DNA of 64,000 nucleotides. Source: Escherichia phage vB_EcoS_ESCO30. A program made the position numbers and the translations under genes. This document shows, in pieces, positions 50,909 through 58,814 of the stretch. Position 1 is the stretch's first letter; each line of letters opens with the position of its first letter. The notes beneath the pieces were generated by a model, which saw only the letters and a list, made by a program, of their open reading frames with translations, had not been told where the DNA came from and ran no database searches. Location: the sequence record NC_106513.1; one strand, given 5' to 3'.

Positions 50909-52428
50909 ATATCGCTGGCCTGTTCACCTGTTGAATTTTCAGTTTTGTCTTTCTTAGCACGTTTAGGTTGAGCCGGCTTATCCTTCTCAATAGGGATAAC
51001 GAACTCAGCTTCCATTTGAGATATATCTTCCATTGCTAGGTTGGTAGTGTTATCCATTCGCAGAGTTTCCCAGTTCATCTTAGGCATAAACTTCACGCTA
51101 TCAGAAGAACGAGTTTTAACGAAGTCAAACATAATAGCACCTTGGCCATTATCAGCTTTTGCAGCATTAAGATTAGCAGCCATGTCTGCAGAATCAAGAA
51201 TCCCCTTTGACATACGTGTTCTACCATCTTGATCGATCTGGTAAGGAGCTACGCCAGCCACGTTATGTTTCTGGCAGATAGATTTGAAAGACGAGCTAAC
51301 AACCATCTGTTCTTTCCAGTCATACATATCAATGGTTTTAGAATCTGGAAGTCGGGTTTGGTTAATATAGTCCAGTAAAGCTACTGTAACTTTATCACCA
51401 TATCTAGCAACTAATTTATTTAGTTCTACGTCAACTGTTGTAATGGACAGCTCAGGATCATAAACAATAATCATAGGAGTATGTAGTTCATATCCCTCTA
51501 TTAGCTTACTCTCCATATCGTAGAAATCACTCATCTTAGCCATTGTGTACTGTTTAACGAAGTTATCAAAAAGCTCTTCACCTCCATTAAACATTCTAGC
51601 TCTAGTTCTGGCCAATCTCAACAGAGCTGCACCTTCTAGAGTATTATTACGCATTGCTAATGCTGATACACCAGCTAACATGGCTAGATTACGTCTAAAT
51701 ACTTCATGTTCTTTCATCTCAATTGAGAAGTATGGAGCAATATCTCCATTCAAATATTGCTGAACCTGTATGTTTGAACAGATAATGGATTTACCAGTAC
51801 CACGCCAACCACCAAGCAGTAACGTTTCTGTGCGAGCTAAACCGATTTGAGCGTCGAACTCATTACAAATACCAAGAGCGATTAAGTTCAGTTTGGTATC
51901 TTCTTCTCTCTGGAAAATACGCATGTTATCTGCGTTGAATACTTTTCCAGTATTCGTTACTTTCTCTTCTAATTTTAAGTGAAGGGAGGCAACTCGGTTG
52001 AGAATTTCTCCCTGATCCAGCATTGTTAAATCTTGAAGCACGTCTGTTTCTAGAAGCTTCAGGAATAAATCCTGTGTATATTCGGCTTCTAGGACTTCAA
52101 GTGCCTGTTCCATGCTCACTTCTGGAATTTGAGTGTTAGCTAAGACGACTAGAGCTTGAGAAAGGCGGGCGTTCCTATTAGCTTCAAGCATAAGTGCGTC
52201 AATGGACGGCATTGTGTTATATTTTTTATAATAATTCTGGACGGCTTGGTAAATTGAGGAGAAAGCGTCATTAAAATGATCTTTATGCAGTTTTGAGAAT
52301 GTTTCCAATGCTATTTGCTTCTGTTCGGAAGCTAGAAGCATCTTCAACACTACAGCTTGCACGTTAAACAAGGTCATTCTCCTTTGCACGCTTTCGTGCC
52401 TTCTAAATGCAAAAAGGGGAAGGAGCAT
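50905..52428 (-). CDS. DnaB-like replicative helicase (507 aa)
   Basis: RecA-like core with GTGKS P-loop; GGGGAGGGGG SD-like upstream. Confidence 0.65.
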   Translation of the reverse strand: MLLPLFAFRRHESVQRRMTLFNVQAVVLKMLLASEQKQIALETFSKLHKDHFNDAFSSIYQAVQNYYKKYNTMPSIDALMLEANRNARLSQALVVLANTQIPEVSMEQALEVLEAEYTQDLFLKLLETDVLQDLTMLDQGEILNRVASLHLKLEEKVTNTGKVFNADNMRIFQREEDTKLNLIALGICNEFDAQIGLARTETLLLGGWRGTGKSIICSNIQVQQYLNGDIAPYFSIEMKEHEVFRRNLAMLAGVSALAMRNNTLEGAALLRLARTRARMFNGGEELFDNFVKQYTMAKMSDFYDMESKLIEGYELHTPMIIVYDPELSITTVDVELNKLVARYGDKVTVALLDYINQTRLPDSKTIDMYDWKEQMVVSSSFKSICQKHNVAGVAPYQIDQDGRTRMSKGILDSADMAANLNAAKADNGQGAIMFDFVKTRSSDSVKFMPKMNWETLRMDNTTNLAMEDISQMEAEFVIPIEKDKPAQPKRAKKDKTENSTGEQASDI

Positions 52429-52459
52429 AGCCCCCTCCCCTTAGGTTTAATTTACCAGA

Positions 52460-53227
52460 TTATTCAGCAGCCGCAGCTTTTGCATCCAGTTTAGCACGCT
52501 TAGCGGCACCATCATAGTCCTTAGCAACCAGACCACGACGAGACAGCATAGATTTAACACCGCGCTCAGATTTACCAGTTTTCTCAGCGATCTCAGCAAC
52601 AGTCATGTTAACCAGATCCAGGCCTTCTAACAGATCTTCACGAGTTTTAGCACTTGAGGTTTCCTGTACCGGCATAGCAGCGATACGACCTTCACGAAGC
52701 AGACTCAGAGCTTTACCGCGGATCTGCTTGATATTACGACCGAAGTGAGCAGCGATAGCTTCAATAGTAGCACCAGCAACAACCTGATTAACAAAATCAG
52801 TTTCTTCATCCGGAGTGAAGGAACGAACAGCAGCAGCTTTTTCGGTTGGCTTAACAGAAGCGGTCATTTCCAGACTCAGGATCTTACCCTGTACCTGTTT
52901 AGCACCGAACTGACCACCAGCTACAGCAGCAGCGATTTCAGCATAGGTATACTGACCAGCATGAGCATTCAGGAAATCAACCAGTTCAGCTTCCTGCTCA
53001 GGAGTCCACGGGGATTTCTGTACTTCGTTAGCTTTTTGTACTTCGAAACCTTCTTTACGCAGCTTAGAGCCAACAGAGCGAGCGGTAACGTCTTTGCCAG
53101 TTTCAGCAGCCAGTTCAGCGGCGATAGCAGCTACTTGTTCTTGAGAGATTACATCAACACCCAGAGCAGTGGCTTTTGCTTTCAGAGACTCGGTTACACC
53201 TTCTACGTTCCAGTTCAGTTTAGACAT
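52460..53227 (-). CDS. DNA-binding protein with four tandem HTH (sigma region-4-like) repeats (255 aa)
   Basis: Four repeats of about 45 aa matching T-P-E/D-x-E...AEIAA...G...K.LSL...G read from the translation. Confidence 0.55.
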   Translation of the reverse strand: MSKLNWNVEGVTESLKAKATALGVDVISQEQVAAIAAELAAETGKDVTARSVGSKLRKEGFEVQKANEVQKSPWTPEQEAELVDFLNAHAGQYTYAEIAAAVAGGQFGAKQVQGKILSLEMTASVKPTEKAAAVRSFTPDEETDFVNQVVAGATIEAIAAHFGRNIKQIRGKALSLLREGRIAAMPVQETSSAKTREDLLEGLDLVNMTVAEIAEKTGKSERGVKSMLSRRGLVAKDYDGAAKRAKLDAKAAAAE

Positions 53228-53999
53228 TATTATTTTTCTCCAATAGTTCTTTAATCGACAGGATTTCTATCCCATTCGTTTCGGCTTTCTTATAAGATGA
53301 GGAAGAACGCTTCGATTCATCCTCACAGATTAGGTATTTGACGTCTTTGGTAACGGATTTCTTAACCGTATATCCTAGACCTTCTAAATAGTTTGTTGCA
53401 TCCGTTCTATTTGCAAAATCTTGCAAAGATCCGGTAATACACACCGTGATTCCATTTGGCTGGGCAACTAATTCATCTGTAATGATGTCAGCTTTAGCAC
53501 CCTTAATACCATTTGAGAATTTCCACGGTAGTTCGATAACATCCTTGCCTTGTGGGGAACTTAGCCAGGCTTTATAATTTTCTCCAGCCTTGCCGTCAGC
53601 CTTCACATCGTGGAAGCTAGTGCAATTTTGGGATAATTTCTTTGCTGCAACCTCTCCAATTAGAGGGATTCCTAAAGAACCGAGAACTGAACCAAAGTCA
53701 ATGTCTCCGCGAACTTTAGTATTTAATTCGCTAATTAACTTAGCGGCAACCTTGCTACCCACGGCTCTAACCAAATCTTCTTCGGTTAGGTAAAACAGTT
53801 CTGAAATCTTCGTCAGCTCCAGCTTCTCAATAGTTTTTGGGCCAAAGCCCTTTAACTTCATTTTTGAACAGAAGTTCTCAATTAACTTACTTGATTGCGC
53901 TGGACAGTTGGACTTATTCCGACAGAATAATTGTCCGTTGACAAGATCTAGCTTAGAACCACAAGAGGGACATTGTGTTGGAATTTCGATTTTCATCAA
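53220..53999 (-). CDS. NAD-dependent DNA ligase, C-terminal subunit (Zn finger, HhH, BRCT; 259 aa)
   Basis: CPSCGSKLD...CRNKSNCPAQ zinc finger, GFGPKTIEKL HhH; adjacent to adenylation subunit. Confidence 0.7.
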   Translation of the reverse strand: MMKIEIPTQCPSCGSKLDLVNGQLFCRNKSNCPAQSSKLIENFCSKMKLKGFGPKTIEKLELTKISELFYLTEEDLVRAVGSKVAAKLISELNTKVRGDIDFGSVLGSLGIPLIGEVAAKKLSQNCTSFHDVKADGKAGENYKAWLSSPQGKDVIELPWKFSNGIKGAKADIITDELVAQPNGITVCITGSLQDFANRTDATNYLEGLGYTVKKSVTKDVKYLICEDESKRSSSSYKKAETNGIEILSIKELLEKNNNV

Positions 54000-54026
54000 A
54001 TTTCTTCCTTATCAATTTATATAAAT

Positions 54027-54055
54027 ATTATAGCAAGTATTTAAGCATTTAGCAA
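54027..54055 (-). promoter_or_regulatory. Sigma70 promoter TTGCTA-17-TATAAT upstream of ligase C-terminal subunit
   Basis: Minus-strand reading. Confidence 0.6.
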
Positions 54056-54119
54056 CTACAATTTTAACTAACTTTGCTTACCCTCGCCATAACTTTCTAT
54101 CCCTCAACTGAATGATAAT

Positions 54120-54148
54120 AGTATATACCTAAGCGGCGAAAATGTCAA
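54120..54148 (-). promoter_or_regulatory. Sigma70 promoter TTGACA-17-TATACT
   Basis: Minus-strand reading; consensus -35. Confidence 0.55.
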
Positions 54149-54198
54149 TAACCACTTTATAATTCCGATATGGTAGATGGGTAGCAAAGGGTTATGTA

Positions 54199-55170
54199 TT
54201 AATCGTATACTCTCTCTACTATGCACGGGATTACACCACCAGCACGAATCACTCGAATCTGGCAACCGATCTCTAGATCAAGAGAGTTAATATAATCAAC
54301 GTTATTAAGAGTCGCTTTAACAATTGTAGCATCATCAATAATTACCGGTTCGAAATAACCAACTGGAGTTACTTTACCAGAAGCCCCTACCTGCCATTCA
54401 ACTTTAGTAAGAGTTGTAATCTCGCCTTCTTCATCCTCTTTAATAGCGAATGCCCCGCGAGGGAATTTATTAGTCCAGCCTTCTCGGAAGAATTTGTTGT
54501 TGTCATTAATACGAACAACTTTACCATCCGTCGGAATCCATTTAAAGAAGGAACGCACATTAACAACTGTTAAGAAGTTCTCATTCTCTAGCCAGAGCAT
54601 ATCTTTTAAATACGATTCTGTAATACCTACAGATTCAGCAGAACATTGGATACCGTATGCAACGAAGATTAAACCACCTTCCCCGATACGTTGTGCGAAA
54701 TCATCGCTATCTTTGAGGTTAATAGCACCAGAGGCAAAGTTACGTTTATTTTCTACTTCTTTTGTAATTAGAACTTCACCAGTGATTTGAGTAGGTACTT
54801 TTTGGGAAATCTTTTTAGGGATGTTCAGCAATCTTACGTTGCTTGTGACATCATTCCCTAGAATACCATTACCACGAGTTAGCGCTTGAACAAATTCGCC
54901 ATTAATATATAACAGAGAAATCGCACAACCATCTAACTTATCAGTTTCTACCTGACCTAATGGGTTAAACGGAGGTTTATCTCCACGATTATAATAAACT
55001 TTCTGTAAAGAATACATACGATACAGATGTGGAATATCACCCTTAGGCCCGATCTCTTCCTCTAATGGGAAGCGTTTTACCAGGCGATCATATTCTTCAT
55101 CAGAGATTAAAGACATGCCTTGATAATATGCTTCTTGACAGCGTTTAATAAATTCTTTTACATTGGTCAT
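54199..55170 (-). CDS. NAD-dependent DNA ligase, N-terminal adenylation/OB subunit (323 aa)
   Basis: Adenylation motif KLDG (TDKLDGCAI); LigA-like N-terminal region. Confidence 0.75.
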   Translation of the reverse strand: MTNVKEFIKRCQEAYYQGMSLISDEEYDRLVKRFPLEEEIGPKGDIPHLYRMYSLQKVYYNRGDKPPFNPLGQVETDKLDGCAISLLYINGEFVQALTRGNGILGNDVTSNVRLLNIPKKISQKVPTQITGEVLITKEVENKRNFASGAINLKDSDDFAQRIGEGGLIFVAYGIQCSAESVGITESYLKDMLWLENENFLTVVNVRSFFKWIPTDGKVVRINDNNKFFREGWTNKFPRGAFAIKEDEEGEITTLTKVEWQVGASGKVTPVGYFEPVIIDDATIVKATLNNVDYINSLDLEIGCQIRVIRAGGVIPCIVERVYD

Positions 55171-55201
55171 TTATTTATATCTCTCATTAATTTATATAAA
55201 T

Positions 55202-55230
55202 ATTATATAACAAAACTGAGTTGAAAGCAA
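55202..55230 (-). promoter_or_regulatory. Sigma70 promoter TTGCTT-17-TATAAT upstream of ligase adenylation subunit
   Basis: Minus-strand reading; A/T-rich upstream region. Confidence 0.65.
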
Positions 55231-55236
55231 ATACAT

Positions 55237-55548
55237 TTATTCTTTTTCCGCCAGGCGTCTAGCTTCTTTTTCTACTTCTAATAAAACCTCACTATTAGAC
55301 AATATTTTAGTAAATGCCTTAAATAAATGAGATGTTGTTTCTAGAGTGTATGGCATACTGAATCCACTTTTTGTTGGAAACCATTCGCCTTCTATATCTT
55401 GGAGCCAGTACCTAATTCCTAAGTATAGATTCCCCCTAAACTCAGATACAGTTAGCCTAACCTGTTGGCCATCTTCTCTTTCCCAGATAACTATGGACTG
55501 ATCATCTACATGCCCAACATAATCCTGATTTACATTATCTCCCGACAT
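55237..55548 (-). CDS. PC4-like ssDNA-binding protein (103 aa)
   Basis: Segment RLTVSEFRGNLYLGIRYW...PTKSGFS resembles the PC4/p15 fold signature. Confidence 0.45.
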   Translation of the reverse strand: MSGDNVNQDYVGHVDDQSIVIWEREDGQQVRLTVSEFRGNLYLGIRYWLQDIEGEWFPTKSGFSMPYTLETTSHLFKAFTKILSNSEVLLEVEKEARRLAEKE

Positions 55549-56195
55549 TTTATTGCTCCCTGACTTAGGAGATATTCCTCTGCCTCCTCTGGTTGAATAT
55601 TAAAAAACTCAGTAGAACCATCAAATATTGATTCTGTAAATATCTGTGTAGTACTAAAAAATCTATGAGCTTTATTTTCTAGATTATACGCTGACTCATC
55701 ATAAGAGTATACTCCATGTATACTCAAGTCCTCCAGATTAGAGTCTTTTTTGATCTCTAAAAGTCTTCTATCTGGACTTTTAGATGTTCCTATTTTTGTT
55801 CCTAACCGTGGACTATAGAATATATACAAATAGCTTGTAGTTACACAAATAGGACAAGACCTTCCTGCATTTTTAACTTTATCCACGCTACTAGTCCACC
55901 TATGCCCCTCTGCACACTCGAATACTGCTTGACTATGTGCATTGATATAGGGAGGTATAAGTTTTATGCCTCTATTGGCTAATTGTTGATTTATTTGCTC
56001 TATAGTAAGTTTAGCTTTACCGCTACAATGTGGGCAACCACTGCCTTTTCTTATATTATTTAGGTATGCCTTCCACTGGTGGCCTTTTGAGCATCTAAAT
56101 ATGGCGGGTGTTCTTATGTTAATCCACTCACTTACTATACTAAAACCTCGCGGCTCTAATTCTTTATTTATTTGCTTTACTGTTAACTTTTTCAC
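55530..56195 (-). CDS. T5orf172-domain protein with two N-terminal zinc-ribbon repeats (221 aa)
   Basis: RCSKGHQWK...GCPHCS and ECAEGHRW...SCPICV repeats; C-terminal YLYIFYSPRLGTKIGTS; paralog of 15235-15915. Confidence 0.55.
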   Translation of the reverse strand: MKKLTVKQINKELEPRGFSIVSEWINIRTPAIFRCSKGHQWKAYLNNIRKGSGCPHCSGKAKLTIEQINQQLANRGIKLIPPYINAHSQAVFECAEGHRWTSSVDKVKNAGRSCPICVTTSYLYIFYSPRLGTKIGTSKSPDRRLLEIKKDSNLEDLSIHGVYSYDESAYNLENKAHRFFSTTQIFTESIFDGSTEFFNIQPEEAEEYLLSQGAIKCREIM

Positions 56196-56214
56196 TATAA
56201 CCCATATACAGCAA

Positions 56215-56232
56215 AGGAGAGCCGAAGCTCTC
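56215..56232. repeat. Hairpin GGAGAGCCGAAGCTCTCC; its reverse complement is identical to the capsid terminator stem at 20092-20109
   Basis: Read directly; T-run on plus strand only. Confidence 0.6.
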
Positions 56233-56242
56233 CTTTTCTTTA

Positions 56243-56533
56243 TTATTTTTTGCCTACTGGCGTAGCTCTATCAAGTTCACTAGACAATGAAGTGATACGT
56301 TTCACCTTATTTACAGGAATAAATCGGAAGCTGTCATTAGTGCGACTAAACACTAGAATTTCGTCATCTTTTGGTTGACGGATACGCTCCTGAGCAAAAC
56401 GTTTACTTAGGTACTTATCAGAAAAATCCATAGTACCCTGAAGGTACGTAGTACCTTTTTGGCGTAGTTTCTCATAATGAAGGTAGAACTCATTATGGGC
56501 TTCACATGCGGAGATAATTTCTTGTTTGTTCAT
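56243..56533 (-). CDS. Hypothetical protein (96 aa)
   Basis: ORF in early operon; no motif recognised. Confidence 0.4.
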   Translation of the reverse strand: MNKQEIISACEAHNEFYLHYEKLRQKGTTYLQGTMDFSDKYLSKRFAQERIRQPKDDEILVFSRTNDSFRFIPVNKVKRITSLSSELDRATPVGKK

Positions 56534-56547
56534 GTATAATCTCCCTA

Positions 56548-56958
56548 TTACTTAGTGATAGCTCGGATCGCTTCTGCCAGATGAGCAGCCGCTTTACCGG
56601 TCAGTTTGTCGATAATTGCATCATCCAGAAAATCTGGTGCTAAGCCAGCATCAGAGAATGCTGAACGAAGGTCGGCATGGGCTTGAGCTTTGGAGGTACG
56701 AGAGCCACCGGAAGCTTTTTCTCCAGTAGATGCGCTAGATTTAGAAGCAGAACCAGCAGCTTTCTTAATATACAAGCCCGCTTTAGTCAGCTTCATACGA
56801 AAACCGTTCGGAGTTACACCATTTTCCTGGGCAATTTCGCTAACAATTTCCATGCTAACACTCGGACGTTCATCCTCTGGGAATTGCTCCATACGAGCAA
56901 CGTATTCGGAAGACATTTTTTCGAACAGTTCATCAGTCCACTGAGTTGGAGTAGTCAT
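56548..56958 (-). CDS. Putative HTH DNA-binding protein (136 aa)
   Basis: Single copy of the EIAQENGVTPNGFRMKLTKAG module seen in ORF 52460-53227. Confidence 0.45.
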   Translation of the reverse strand: MTTPTQWTDELFEKMSSEYVARMEQFPEDERPSVSMEIVSEIAQENGVTPNGFRMKLTKAGLYIKKAAGSASKSSASTGEKASGGSRTSKAQAHADLRSAFSDAGLAPDFLDDAIIDKLTGKAAAHLAEAIRAITK

Positions 56959-57015
56959 ATTTTATATTTCCTTAATTAAGAATTAAACAGAATAGTTCTT
57001 TCAAACTATGAGAAT

Positions 57016-57044
57016 ATTATATCAAGAATTGTAGGATTAAGCAA
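57016..57044 (-). promoter_or_regulatory. Sigma70 promoter TTGCTT-17-TATAAT
   Basis: Minus-strand reading, upstream of ORF 56548-56958. Confidence 0.65.
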
Positions 57045-57064
57045 CTGAAATTTTTCGGTAATTG

Positions 57065-57325
57065 CTACACGTCTAGCTCAACAATCTCCCAATCATCCGC
57101 TAGAGCTTCATCTAGAGTTAATTCAACCTCTTCATCACTGGGCAGCAGCGTAGTATCTGAAGGCATCCACACGTACTGGCGTACAGTATTGCTGTCTACG
57201 TCAAATTTCAATAGTACAGTATACTCTCTATTATTTTCCCAGCTATCCCGCTGGAGATATTTTACTTCCCCATCTTTAAGTAAATCAGTTAGTCTACTCA
57301 CGGCGTTTTCCTTTTTCTTTATCAA
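57065..57325 (-). CDS. Hypothetical acidic protein (86 aa)
   Basis: ORF only. Confidence 0.4.
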   Translation of the reverse strand: MIKKKENAVSRLTDLLKDGEVKYLQRDSWENNREYTVLLKFDVDSNTVRQYVWMPSDTTLLPSDEEVELTLDEALADDWEIVELDV

Positions 57326-57998
57326 GTTTCAAGGCGGCCTTAACAGCTTCGTTAATCAACGTAATGACTTCTTCCCGAGTCCACTTATACCCCAGAGACT
57401 TTACATCAACCCCTAACTTTTCCAGGTGTTTAACAGAAGCCAGTTCATAATTCATATAATGAACGTTCTGTTGTTTGCCTTCTGATAGAAGCCATACACG
57501 GTAACAACCAACAGGGTTATCCATTGCTTTTTTGATTTCACCGATACACTGGTATCCAGGAACCCAAACAAGCTCACCTACCTCAAATTCTTCTGCTACA
57601 GCATCGTCAGGAATAATTGGTGGATTCAATGGATCTACAATATCGTTCAAACGAAGTAGAGCACCATATCGTTCCAGAACAGATTTAACCATTGCTACAG
57701 AGCGATAATTACGATCGGCAATCTCTTCAAAAGAATCACCAGATAAATACTGCTCAATAACGTTGGCTAACTCAATGCCTTCAATGAGTGTGCCACGTTT
57801 CTTTTTCTTCATCTCGGCAACTTGAATTTGGCGATCTTGCCACTCTTCAATCATCCTTTCCATAGTTGGATTGGAGGATACTCCGAGCATTTCACATGCT
57901 GCTTTCTTAGTACCACCGTTCTCCAGATGCTCTATAACTTTTTTAAAGACTTCATCCGGGATTTCATGGATATGTTTCTTTCTGCGAGAACCAGCCAT
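57294..57998 (-). CDS. Putative HTH-containing early regulator (234 aa)
   Basis: HTH-like GTKKAACEMLGVSSNPTMERMI; first gene downstream of the P_N25-like promoter. Confidence 0.55.
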   Translation of the reverse strand: MAGSRRKKHIHEIPDEVFKKVIEHLENGGTKKAACEMLGVSSNPTMERMIEEWQDRQIQVAEMKKKKRGTLIEGIELANVIEQYLSGDSFEEIADRNYRSVAMVKSVLERYGALLRLNDIVDPLNPPIIPDDAVAEEFEVGELVWVPGYQCIGEIKKAMDNPVGCYRVWLLSEGKQQNVHYMNYELASVKHLEKLGVDVKSLGYKWTREEVITLINEAVKAALKLDKEKGKRRE

Positions 57999-58029
57999 AT
58001 TTAAACTCCTCTCTCAAATTTATGAATCT

Positions 58030-58058
58030 ATTATACAGAAAAATTTTCCTGAAAGCAA
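58030..58058 (-). promoter_or_regulatory. Strong sigma70 early promoter TTGCTT-17-TATAAT with A/T-rich UP-like region (matches my recollection of T5 P_N25)
   Basis: Minus-strand reading gives AAATTTATTTGCTTTCAGGAAAATTTTTCTGTATAATAGATTCATAAATTTGAGAGAGGAG; identity to P_N25 is from memory. Confidence 0.75.
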
Positions 58059-58066
58059 ATAAATTT

Positions 58067-58300
58067 TTACGATTCCTTGAGCAAAGAAGAAAGTTCAGCA
58101 TATACTTTATCTAATTCAAACCCTATGCGAAGAGATACGTTAGTCCTCCGTTGTTTAAGTAACCACTCGGATATGTTAGGGATGCCAGCTAGTCTGTGTG
58201 GTACCACCCTACATAGCTTTTCCGAAGTATCGTAAGCAGGAACTTTACGCTCTTTTACTGGAAACTTCCTTGTTTCCCATTTTTTATTCTTCACTGTCAT
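58067..58300 (-). CDS. Hypothetical basic protein (about 77 aa)
   Basis: Track ORF trimmed to internal ATG at 58300 with GGAGAG SD to limit overlap with the HNH gene. Confidence 0.35.
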   Translation of the reverse strand: MTVKNKKWETRKFPVKERKVPAYDTSEKLCRVVPHRLAGIPNISEWLLKQRRTNVSLRIGFELDKVYAELSSLLKES

Positions 58301-58814
58301 ATCTCTCCGAGGGATTAAATTCACCAAACAGCTCTTTAACTCCCCTAAGGTATAGCTGATGGGCTTCTTCCGGGGTATCTCGTCTACCAAAAATATGCTG
58401 CTTTCCATCGCAGTAAGCGTAGGCCATATACCTATTACCTCGTTTTACAACTCCAGTGAATCCGGTAGAATTAGTAGAACACTTCTTATTCTTTCCATTT
58501 TCGGAATAGGTAGCCTTACGTAAATTATCCCACAAGTTATTTAAACTATCACCGTCTTTATGGTCGATAGTTTTATCTCCAGGATCTTCGCCTGTCTTTA
58601 TAAACCAGATTATTCTATGGGCTAAGTAAGCTGTCCGCTCCCCATTTATCGTAAACTCTAGTTGTCTCCCAGTTTTCATTTTGGAGCCCGCTACCTTTCC
58701 CTTCCTTGGGCCAGATAACCAAATTAAGTCCCCAGTACTTTCGTCATACCTAAGCTTTTCTAGGATAAATGCCATAGGAGGCATTGGTTTATGCGTCTTC
58801 ATTAGTTGCTCCAA
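58284..58814 (-). CDS. HNH-AP2-type homing endonuclease (176 aa)
   Basis: AHRIIWF...IDHKDGD...NLR and AP2-like GFTGVVKRGNRYMAYA. Confidence 0.65.
   Translation of the reverse strand: MEQLMKTHKPMPPMAFILEKLRYDESTGDLIWLSGPRKGKVAGSKMKTGRQLEFTINGERTAYLAHRIIWFIKTGEDPGDKTIDHKDGDSLNNLWDNLRKATYSENGKNKKCSTNSTGFTGVVKRGNRYMAYAYCDGKQHIFGRRDTPEEAHQLYLRGVKELFGEFNPSERYDSEE

Noticed and set aside
52430-52455. GC-rich dyad GGGGAAGGAGCATAGCCCCCTCCCC first read as a terminator
   Set aside because: It overlaps the SD and start codon of the DnaB-like helicase gene, so it is more likely a ribosome-binding region than a terminator.
58300-58408. N-terminal extension of track ORF 58067-58408
   Set aside because: It would overlap the HNH gene by about 125 nt; an internal ATG at 58300 with a GGAGAG SD is more plausible.
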